Assembly (NCBI GenBank): GCA_943704425.1
Contig: CALSCP010002497.1
Span: 128,798-192,797, forward strand
Reading direction: 5' to 3'
DNA length: 64,000 nt
From: Ministeria vibrans ATCC 50519
Lineage: Eukaryota > Protista > Filasterea
The first letter of the stretch is position 1. Each line of letters starts with the position of its first letter. Shown here one piece after another: positions 25,451 through 36,143 of the stretch. A program made the position numbers and the translations under genes. Under the pieces are notes generated by a model. The model was not told where the DNA came from, ran no database searches, and saw only the letters and a program-made list of their open reading frames with translations.

Positions 25451-25696
25451 ACAACAAGCGGAAAAAATTGAAATATCATCCACAAGCACCAAACGATCAA
25501 ACGGGAATTCGATTGTTCCTCTCATCCTTTGTTCTTTTTATCACTTTGAATCAGTTCGTTACTATCACTTTGTCTCCTCTCTATCACCTTGTTTTTTTCT
25601 CCCCTCCTTTGTCTCTCTATCACTTTGTTTCTTTCTCCCTCCTCTCTCTTTCTTTCTTCTTTCTTTCTTCTTTCTTTCTTTCTTTCTTTCTTTTTG

Positions 25697-27314
25697 TCAC
25701 ACACCCGAATGAAGTCGTTCCGACTGATCCACTTCACACGTGACAACAACACCAGGGTGAGAGGAAGGCAGACGGACCGTGAGTTCAAGGGCAGCAAAGG
25801 GTTCGAGGGAATGCGGAATGACTGTGTCGTCTGCTGTTGCGACTGTTGCCTGCGTGTTGGAGATCAACGATTGAACGGAGCACAGCGCGTATGCAATGGG
25901 AATGCGTGGAAAGAGTAAGTCGGGCGCAAAATTGAACTTGGCTTGATTCTGATTGGCGGGAACGGTGACGGAACGGACTGCGCGAGTGCTGCGGACTGTC
26001 CACTTGTCGTCGGCTACATTCCCGCTGAAGATAACATTGCGTGCGCGTTTGAACTGTCCGTTGACAACCACCGACGCGTTGCTGTACTTCTCCTCGCTGG
26101 CCCATCGGTTGTTGGAGACAACCACACTCGAGATTTCACTGTTGCTGTCCGATTGAAAGACCAGATTGGCACTACGAAAAGAAGAAGGGGAGGAGGAGGT
26201 TTAGATAAATACTGCTGGTTGAACAAGCACGTGCCGTGCGAGAAAAAGGTTGTTTGCCACGACAGCACTGTGTGGGTCGACAATGACAAGTGGGCAAAAG
26301 TCGAGGTAGGAGTCGATGACTTTGCCATTGCCCTTGACGAGTTTGATGCCTACGCCGCCCAAATTGGTCGCGAGATTCCACGTGTGCACGCCGCTGATCT
26401 GATTGGCGCCATTCTGTGAAATAACTCCCGTCTTGCCCGACCAGATGATGACCGACGTCACGTAACAATCGTGTTCGGAGCCCTGCAATGCAATGGCTGT
26501 CGCACTGCTGACACCTGCGGACGCACCTGGTGCAAACTGGCCCAGCCACGAGTTGTGGATGTACCCTCCGCCTGTACCGTTCATAGTGATGCCATAATCG
26601 TGAAAGCCAAAGATCATCACCTGAACAAGATTATAGTATATAGATGGTTGACGAGTCAACAATTCGAGTCAATCCATGCAATCATTCCTTCCTTCATACC
26701 GCCGGTCCAATGTTGACATACTGACCGTTGAGAACGGACAGGGCGGTGCCAAGAGTGGACGTTCCATTGATAGTCAGGCGACTTATGTCAAGGTTGAGCA
26801 CGCCGTGGCCCTTCTCGGCTGAGCTTGGGGCAATGTCGAGGAGCGTTGCACCTGCAGGGAACGATTCTGCCGCGTTGAGCTGTCCGCCGCCAATGCTATA
26901 CCCTGAGAAGCCCGCTGGAATGACAATGGGACGAGAGACAGTGTAGGTGGCGCCTGTGAGGTCGAGAAAGGCCCCGCCAATGTCAGTCATGGGCAAAGAT
27001 GAGTGGGGAAACATGGCGTCGATAAGTTTGTCAAACGCGTCGGAACTATCCTTTAAACCCGTCGGATCTCCGCCGAAATCTGACGGTCTAAACACTCCCT
27101 GAGACGATGCATCTGGATGGGCGTCATATCTACTCGCAGCAGAGTCGTAGGCGTTGGCGAGGACGCGCTCAATGGTTTGTTGACGATGCGTGGGGAAATG
27201 ATGGCGCAGTGGCACGCTGGAGAAACCCGAGCACTCGCCGAGTCCATGGCGACACGGATGTACTCCGTGTGCCACTGTGACTGCAAATACCAGCGAGATA
27301 AAGAGGGTAATCAT
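25697..27314 (-). CDS. Secreted pectin-lyase-fold protein similar to plant polygalacturonase QRT3, 3 exons
   Basis: Signal peptide; FGGDPTGLKDSSDAF, DIGGAFLDLTGATYTVSRPI, YIHNSWLGQ, ANQISGVHTWNLAT..GG.GI, DSYLD, F...LLFP, VDQS are collinear with QRT3. Confidence 0.8.
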
Positions 27315-27382
27315 AAATGAAGATCAAAAATGAATATCTGAGTAGTTAGTTTCATACAGATTCAGATTTATCCTTTCTGAGT

Positions 27383-29389
27383 ATGAGACGACTGTTTATC
27401 GTTGCACTGGCGCTGGGAGCGTGCGTGGCCGTGGCGAGAGCGGCGGCCGAAGCGTGCGATATTTCTGTGTCTCGTCGGAACGAAATTCGCTCAGCGGCTT
27501 TTACCGCACTCCAAGCAGACGGATTCTCTGTGGAACAAGGTGTGTGGGGTGGGTTAACAGTGTTGGTGCTCGCTCACGACACGAGTTTAAAGCAAAGAAT
27601 TCGTTTTTTCGTTCTTTTTTCCTTTCCTCATCTTCTCGTTCAGATGGATTTATGGATTGCTCGGGAGTTTGCAAAGAATGGTCGCCCACTTGCTGGGGCG
27701 AGAACCCTTCCTCGCCATACTGTCGCTACCGCATGAAATCGCCTCTGTTTGGCAAGCTGAGTAAGTGTGTGTGAGCTTTTGGTGTGTGTGTGTGTGTGTT
27801 GGGTTTGTTTGTTGACTTTATCGCAGACGTTCCTGTGTACCAGATGAGGGCTGACGAGGCTATTGTCTACTACGGGTGCTCGCCACCGACGAGTCGCTAC
27901 TTTGGCTTCCAATCCTATGCGTTCATCAGCGACTATAAGCTTCTCTTTGCCTCCTTGGGCGACTCCACCAACATCGAGGTGCACTACGCTACTACACCGC
28001 TCGTGTTGTTGTTCTCGCCGACTCACCGCCAGCCTCTTGTTTAGACGGTCAATGTTACGTCGCGGGACAAGTCACCGTTTAATCGAGAGATGCTGTTCAT
28101 TACCTCGGCGGACGCGCGCACTGCAGCATCCATTGCAACGGCGTTTGTCAAGGCGGGCGCTGCGTCAACCGCCGTCAATGTCGATCCCATTTACGACACA
28201 GCCAGTCTTAAAATTGATCCCATTGGCAACGGTCTTGGTCACACCGTTTTGGCGACACTCTATCGTGTGGCTGCGTGCGAGAACAAGACGGCGTGCGAAG
28301 CGTACAAAGCACAAAAGACTGAGCTATTTCGTGTCAAGCACACTCACGCGCCGACTCCCGCCAATGTGCCCATTGCAATGCCACCGCTGCGCACACGCGA
28401 CAACACACACAACGAAGACGCGTACAGCAGTGCGATGGCACAACTCGTAAGTAGCGTAACGCAACACTACACGCGCGACGGGACAGTGCGTCTGGCGAGC
28501 ACGGACACTCTTTTGCCGTTGTACATCAACGGCCGTGACTGCATCACAGACGGCACGGACTGCCTTGGCGACACACGCGACGCCCTCTACTCGGACGGTG
28601 ACGAGGCGCTGCGCATGCTGTTCACTCGTCCGTCGGACCAGTCGCGCGTGCTTGCACCCTTCACCAACGCAACGGCACTCTCACAGCTGACCGCACGCAC
28701 TGAGCTCGCCCGTCACGCTGTCCAAGTTCAACCCAACGGCCCCGAATGGCCCCTCACCAACGACACGCGCGACTTTCTTGTCGTCATTGGTGTGCTCCAT
28801 CACCTGACCAAACCAATCGGTAGGCAGTATGCCAAAAGCAGCACTGTTGGTGACTCAAACACACCTTCCCACCACACTCACGCCAATTCCTTACACAGCG
28901 AAAGCGACCTACAGCAATCTCGCAGCATACTATGTCGACAAGCAAATGGGAGTCGGGGCTGTGCTAGACTCCGACATGCGCCTCTCCGCAGTTCCCTTTC
29001 TGCCTCATTCTTCACCCTTTGCCGATTCCCTCTACGTCCAAAAATTCTCTCGATCCTGCGGTACCACATTTTCCCACAAGCAAACAAGCACAAGCGAACG
29101 AACAACAACAACATTACTAAGCGCACATACAATGATACTATTAAACAAGCAACTACGCAGTCGAGCACGCATGCCCCTCTTTACTCACTGTGACCAATTT
29201 TTTACGTCTCTCATTCTAGACGACCCTTCGTTTTGCTTCCGCGTCCCTGTGTCCTTTCCGGGCGTGCCCCTCTCCGCCAACATGTCCTTTGTCGAGCGCG
29301 CGTACCTCCAGCCGTCTACTCACGTTGGTCCCGATGGCCATTCCTTACAACACCCTATCGTCCTTCATTTTCTTCCCAGCAAGAAATGA
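27383..29389 (+). CDS. Secreted Cys-containing protein of unknown function, multi-exon
   Basis: Signal peptide [20 protein letters not shown]; conserved-looking blocks [60 protein letters not shown]. Confidence 0.7.
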
Positions 29390-29406
29390 ATGCACCAGTT
29401 CTTTTT

Positions 29407-29690
29407 TTAATCGTCAAAATCATCCATTTGCGGCACTGAAATGTTCTCAAAGAAGTCATTGACACTCTGAGGGGTCTCAAAAGGAGCACTATCGCGGTGT
29501 GTGGGACCAGAAGAAGAGGATCCGGCGTCACGTTTGACGCGTGGGGAGGCGGTGGCGGACGGAGAAGCACTTGTGTCCAGGACGGCATCCGCATCGGATG
29601 ATAAGTTAGTGACAAGGTCGTTAAGTTGTGTCTATGAATGTGTGTGCAGAGAGAGAAAGAAGAGAGTGAGTGAGTGAGCGAGTGTGTATG

Positions 29691-29730
<40 letters not shown>

Positions 29731-30940
29731 ACCGCCATTTGACTAAATATGTTGTCAATGTCCTCTTGACGGATCCGCGACCGCTGTTTCTTGTCTTTCT
29801 GGATTGGCTCTGGTTGTGTCTCGGGTGCAGTGGCATTCTCTTCCGTTGCTGCTGCTTCCCCTTCTTCTGCTTCTTCGCCATCATCATCAAACCCATCGAC
29901 GGCCAATTCAGCCACAGCGCCTAGAACAAGTCGTATTGTCAATCCCATGTACAAACAGAGAGATAGATATACACTATCCGTCTTTCTCTTAATTATACCC
30001 GAATCTCTCTCTCTCTCTATCAATTTGTTTCTTTCTCCCTCCTCTCGCTCCCAGTGTGTCTCACCTGCGCCATGTTCATCGTAGACCAGTCTCGCTTGTG
30101 CATCCCCCAATACCTTAAACGCCAGTGACACTTGGTAGAACTTAATCTTTGCTTCGTTCGAGGGATTTTTGTCTGGATGGTATTTCAATGCGAGTTTTCG
30201 ATAGGCCTAACAGACAAAGGAGAGTGCGCGTGTGAGAATTCTTGCACAGAATGTCTTGTCATTTGTACCTTTTTGACTTCTTTTTGCGTTGCACTGTTGC
30301 CAATTTCCAATACCATGTAGTAACTCGGTGCATTCACTGCCTTTTTAGCATTTTCCGCCGCACGAGCAGAGCGCGCCTATAAGAAAATTGAAGTAAAACC
30401 CCTGTAATTCGAAAAGCGCGCCCTTTTTTCTTATGAATGAACTGTTCTGTTCACCTGCTGTCTCATTTGCTCTTTTTGCTCCTCCGTCATGTTAACTTCG
30501 AGTCCGTGGATGGCTGCACGAGCAGAGCCGGTGGACGCCACATCGATTGGTGTCTGTCCCTTTCTGCAATGGTGCACATCAGTCCGTCATTTTCATTCGC
30601 CTCTGTCTCTCCTGTCGTCTCTCTCTTTTCGTTACCTATCTTTGATTGCCATGTTTGCACCCGATTTGATGAGTGCCGTGATGGCTTTGAGTTGGTTGTT
30701 TTTGGAAGCGTAGTGAAGAGGTGTCATTCCAGCATCGTCGCAGGCAGAGACATTGGCCTTGAACTTGGCCAGCAAACAGATGAGCTGTTCGTTGTCGGCT
30801 TCCGCTGCATAGTGCAGCGGCGTTTTGCCATTGGGACCCACTGCATCAACATTGGCACATGCCTTGTCCAGTAGAAACCTAGTCACATCTTCGTTCTTCT
30901 CAAGAACCGCAAGGTGTAGCGCAGTCTCATCCATGGATGT

Positions 30941-31029
<89 letters not shown>

Positions 31030-31050
31030 AAGGAGAGGGAAAGAACAAAG

Positions 31051-31145
<95 letters not shown>

Positions 31146-31178
31146 AACAAGTGATAGAGAGAGAGAGAAAGAAACAAG

Positions 31179-31276
<98 letters not shown>

Positions 31277-31292
31277 GAGGGAAAGAACAAAG

Positions 31293-31362
<70 letters not shown>

Positions 31363-31949
31363 GATCGAAAGAAAGTTAGTGCATTCCAGTTGGGCTCAAA
31401 GCAGCGGCGCACACCCACGCCACTCGGACACTATCCTCGGAGCAGTGTCCTCGGGCACGGTGCGGGCAAAGGAAAGAGCGATCGAGCGCGATACGGATGA
31501 TCTCGTCTGAGGGTATACGTCACCGATAAGCCCCTCAGCGCGCGTCGCGACACTCTCCCGTACTGGGCGGAAACTGGGTCTCTCGGCGATAAGCAGCTGC
31601 TCATACACAGTACAGCGCAGCATGCCAATGCCGCGGCAACGTGCGAGCGACTGTGGGAGCGCCTGTACAGGCGAGACTGGGACACAACAGGGGATGCTTT
31701 GTCGGTTTTTTTTTTTATAGATTTCACCTTAACAGTCGCATCGGCTCCAGAATCAAGCAAAAACTCGGCCATGAAGGCGTCGCCCTTCTCGGCAGCGATA
31801 TGGAGTGCATTCTTTCCCGACGAGTCTTTTTCGTTCACGTCAATCGGAACAATTTTACGCAATGTCAATTTTGGACGGTAAGTGATCATCTTCTTCGCCT
31901 CGTGCACATCGCCGCGGCGAACAGCCGCAAAAAACTCCTTTCTACCCAT
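29407..31949 (-). CDS. Ankyrin-repeat + DnaJ (J-domain) protein, 7 exons
   Basis: Ankyrin repeats ([34 protein letters not shown]); J domain YYMVLEI...[18 protein letters not shown]; exons join in phase. Confidence 0.88.
30945..31354. repeat. Interrupted (GA)n array in intron 1 of the Ank-DnaJ gene
   Basis: GA tracts separated by repeated AA(A)GTGATAG-containing spacers. Confidence 0.97.
31381..31697 (-). ncRNA. Candidate structured intronic RNA (~320 nt), family unidentified
   Basis: GC-rich non-coding island in intron 30941-31727 with at least 7 manually found helices; G-U wobbles mostly favour the minus strand. Confidence 0.45.
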
Positions 31950-32181
31950 TCGTCGTGAGACGTGGTGTTTTTCGAATTGAATAAAAAAAAGTGTCACGTA
32001 AAGTCGTAAACACAAAACGGTAAGTGATCACTAAGTGTGCGGATTCTTTCAATAAAATCAACACTCGCCATCAAAATGGGGCAGTGAACTAGAGTGATGC
32101 TTTTCTTTTATTGTAGGAGGCAGGAATGTGAGATGGTTTCTGCAGACTTATTGTGAAAAGAAAGAATCAAGTTGTTTATGT

Positions 32182-35100
32182 TTATAATACAAGGGTGTCC
32201 ACCCCCCAAGTGTGCTCGGTGAGATCGGCGCTGGCGGCGGGCGCACCATCCTCGGGCGGAGCGTAGTGCTCCATTCGCTTGGTAAACACCGCCTTTAGAT
32301 CGGTCACCTGCACGGGTGGACGATTGATCGAGTCGTCGGGGAGTGAACGCTCGCTCAATGGTCTCAGGGCGCCTCGTCCCAACTTGAGCGCCGTCTCGTT
32401 GGGCACTCGCAAAGAAGACGTCTTGGGAGATGAAAGGGTACGAAGCGCACTTCGCCCCTGCTTGACATCGACAGTTGATGCCAGAGGACCTCCAGTGGAG
32501 GTCAAAGAAGCCTTGGACTCACCCAAGGGAGCGCGTGCGCGAGCACGCTGGCGAATGGGCACACCAGCATTCTCGTTGTTGCTTGCTGAAGCGGGTGGAG
32601 GCGGAGGTGGCGGAGGTCCAGCGGAAGAAGATGATGGGGTACCGCTTCGAGGGTGCAATGCCAAGGAAAGAGGATGGTGAACTGCCGTGGAGGGTGTCAG
32701 AGACACTGTTTGAAACTAAAGGAGCAAAAAAATGAGTATAATTATTTGGTTTTTCTTTTCTTTTTATCATTTTACCTTTGGTGCTTTGGGCGAGCGCAAT
32801 GCCGATGTGGATGTGGATGTGGATGCGGATGTGGATGTGGTCTCGCGTGGTCGGGCTTGACGAGGTGGAGATGCCATTGGCACTGACTTGGGTGCAGTGG
32901 CATTAGAGAACTCACGCACAACCGACTCGGTGATGCGCTTGACAGTGGCGGGTGAGGCACAAGGGTGAGCTCCGGCGGCCTCGGCGAGTGCGGCGGCACG
33001 CACCTGCTCCACGAGAGCGGCAACATTGAGACGGCGAGGGTGAAGGAAGTCGTGGTTGAGCAGGTGGGGGATAGTGGCACGCTGACGCGGATTGCGGTTG
33101 AGACATTGTTGGATGGTGTCGACAAGGGCCGGGTCGGAACCTGCTGGGTACGCAATGGCATGACGGGGGTTGCAGATGGCATTGATCTTCTTCATAAACT
33201 TAAGTGAGTGGAACGGGGTTGCACCGTACGCCATGCTGTACAGAATGCATCCGAGTGACCACACGTCGCTTGGACGGCCCACCTTGAACTGCTTGCTCTT
33301 GCTGCTGCTGCACTCGGTGTCTTGGAACGTCTCGGGAGCCATGTAGTTCAGTGTACCCATTGCATCCTCGCGCATCACCGACGTGTGCTCATCCTGCAGT
33401 GCCTCGGCAATGCCAAAGTCAATCAGCTTGAGCTTCTCGCCCACCACCACAAAGTTGGCGGGCTTCAAGTCACTGTGGATAATCTCATGTTCGTGAACCG
33501 CATGCACCGCCTCGAGCATCTGGCGCCAGTACACGCGCAATTGATTCTCGTCGAGTCGCTTGGGTTGACGCAGTACCGTCTGCAGGTCCAAACTGCCACA
33601 CTCCATCACCACGTACACATGCGTGTCGGTGATTTCCGAGTTGTACAGGCGGATCACCGAGTCGCAGTGTTGCAGTTTCTCGAGCAGACCAATCTCCGCC
33701 ATGTATTTTTGACGTGTGCTTGACTCGCTGTCCTCCAGTTTAACCCGCTTAAGCGCATACACATTGCGATCCTCTCCCAGCACACGATAGACAACACTCG
33801 AGCCGCCTTTGCCGACCTCCTTGAGCACCGTGTAGCGCTGTCCACTCACCACAATTTGGTTGGCGTCGTCCTGCGCAACGGCAGCAGCAGCAGCAGCAGC
33901 AGCAACAGTAGTGGAGCGAGGAGCCACTGCGGCAGAAGCAGAGGCAGCCGCTGGTGGTACAGCTACTGTCTCGGTGTGTCGTGTGGGAACGACAACAGCG
34001 GCAATGGGGTCTGCCTTGAAGGAGATGGCTGCCGTTGAGATAGTCGAATCGGAGGGTTCGGTTGCGCGCGCAGGGTCCATCACAACAGTTGCCGTGTCGT
34101 GAGTTGGAGGCGCCCCGTCCACAACTGTCTTGTTTGTTTCGGAAAGAACCGTCTTGGGAGTGTTGGGAGCGTTGCGAAAGCTGATCAGGTCCATGGTCTC
34201 GTCGTAGGTGGAGGTGGGAGGCACGGAGGCCGTTTCGGAGGGGACATTAGATGAAGAGGCAGGTGCGGTGATGAGCGTGTCGTGGTCAGTGTCGTCAGAG
34301 TCGGTAGTGCGCACGGCACGACCCAGTTGTAGGCCTGTGGTGCGCCCCGCCAGACGACGCGGCTTCTTGCGCGTTGAAACTGTAGCGGGTAGTCTGAAGG
34401 CTGTAGTGGTGTCGTCAAGGATGGGAGATGAGGCAGAGGAAGAGCGCGACGACGATTGTGACGATTGCGACGATGAGTAGGAGGACGAGGAGGAGGTGGA
34501 GTGGACACTCGAGTTGGGTGTGCTGGCATCACTCACGCTGCTACTGTTACTGCTGCTCCTGCTGCTGCTACTGCTGCTGTTGCTGCTGTTGCTATTGTTG
34601 GTGCCGGGAGTTTGATGAAAGGCGGTGTCGAGCGAGAAGGAGACGGTGTGTTGTGGCTGAAGGGTGATGGTGGCCGTGGAGGTGGGGGTCGCCGGGACGA
34701 GTGCTGCTGCTCCTGTTGTCGTTGTTGTTGTTGATGATGTCGACTCGGCCGTGTTGGTCACGAGTGCCGTGTGATACTGTGTAGGCTCTTCGGCGGGTGT
34801 AAGGGGCCCGCGTGAACCGTCCTCGTAGACACAAGGGAAGTCGGTCAGCTCGAGGATAGTGTCTGTCGTAGCCGATGTGATCCGCTGCATTGCGGTGCTG
34901 ATGAGAGCCGTTGGCTGGGCTCCAGCGTCGAGACCCGCCTTGAGGTATTGGTAGGCTTTGGCACCGCCTGCACTAAGCTCCAGCTGTGCACGTGACACGT
35001 AGAAGCGTGCCATGCCAAGGGCAATCTTGCAGTTGAGCAGCAACTTAAAGAGGTCGCGCGCCTCCTCAAAGCCACAGTGTTCGTTGCGTGCAATCGCCGA

Positions 35101-35962
35101 TTGTATCTCACAGTGAGCAAGGAAAATGCGCACTGCGTCTTCATCCTTGCGCCAGGCGTCCGCGTCAAAGCACGAAGTGCATGCGTCGTGGAGCTTGCCC
35201 ATGTAGCGCAAGTGCCAGTCATAGAGTCGGGTGCGACCATATTCACTCTCCAGCAGCACCAGCCACTCGCTCGTTCCCGAAAGCGACCGCGTCTTCATCT
35301 GAATCTTGACCCATTCAACCTTCCACGGCACAACAGCCGTGCTGCTCTTCTTGGCGCTCTTAGGCCGGCTCGTCTGAAAATAATACAATAACAAAAACAA
35401 AAAACGCGAACAGTGAGAATTTCAAATAGGCTACAGGCGTTTATCAACTTTGATGACGCACAATAATGTACGCGCTAAAGTGTGGATGCAAAACTCGCCG
35501 TAAACGTCCATGCAATGTCCATTTGGGACATGCAAAAAAATAATTCCATTACAATTGACGAACAATGAAATTTCACACAAACTGCGCCGTTAATGGCAAA
35601 TTAATCCCCAACATGGCATTTAACATTGAGGTACACGTGTCATGAAGGCAATAGAAAGCGAAAAAGAGAGCAAATATTTCCAAGATTGTGAAAGTTTTTT
35701 TTTTTGTGTTTTGTTGTGTGGTCGTTGCTATGTTTGCTTTTCTGTCCACCGTGACCGTATTTCCACCCATTCGCATGTCTATGACACTTCCATCTGAATA
35801 TTACACGCTGATGCATGGGCAGCGGCAGCCACGGGCCTTTACCTTTCGTTGGCTCTGGCTTGGAGTCGAAATTGAGTCCGTTTGAGTTCGGCGCAAAATG
35901 CTGATTTGTTCTCGCAGATTTGAGAGCGCGTCAACCGGCTTAGCATCACCAGCACCACTCAT
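32182..35962 (-). CDS. TTK: Mps1/TTK dual-specificity kinase with N-terminal TPR domain and a C-terminal extension exon, 3 exons
   Basis: Exons 35962-35843, 35373-32776, 32715-32182 (all phase 0); GKGGSSVVY, YALKRV, IHSDLKPANF, KLIDFGIA, GTLNYMAPE, SDVWSLGCILY; TPR domain ending in GAQP. Confidence 0.92.
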
Positions 35963-36143
35963 AGGTATTAAGTATTGCTTATTAAGAGGGATGCTTAAAG
36001 GGACGAGAGAGGTGCGAACGCAAGCAGAGGACAAGGGAGAAAAAACTAAAACTACCCACAGAACCCATTTTCCAAAGATCCCAAAGAAGACGACAAAATA
36101 TGAAAATAAATAAAACCAATCAAATTGTTTTAACGCTTTCAGC
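35963..36143. promoter_or_regulatory. Putative bidirectional promoter between Mps1 and CENP-E
   Basis: 181 nt between divergent ATGs; CCAAT at 36116. Confidence 0.5.

Noticed and set aside
30825-31510. ORFs made of ERERER/LSLSLS, poly-I, poly-L or poly-N (also 6378-6869, 24294-24731, 44633-45311, 48234-48647)
   Set aside because: Translations of microsatellites within introns or spacers
31470-31512. U3 snoRNA-like run of boxes on the plus strand (GGAAAGA, GAGCGCGA, GGATGATC, GTCTGAG)
   Set aside because: Boxes B and C are only 3 nt apart, there is no convincing box A, and helix wobbles favour the opposite strand
31381-31697. RNase MRP/P, SRP RNA, TPP riboswitch or telomerase identity for the structured intron element
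   Set aside because: No GAAAGUCCCC/GGAAnnUC partner for P4, no SRP helix-8 motif, no TPP GAUAAU/CCUGAU segment, no CUAACCCU template
32182-32706. Stand-alone 174-aa gene
   Set aside because: No ATG start and no promoter space; canonical splice sites join it in frame to Mps1
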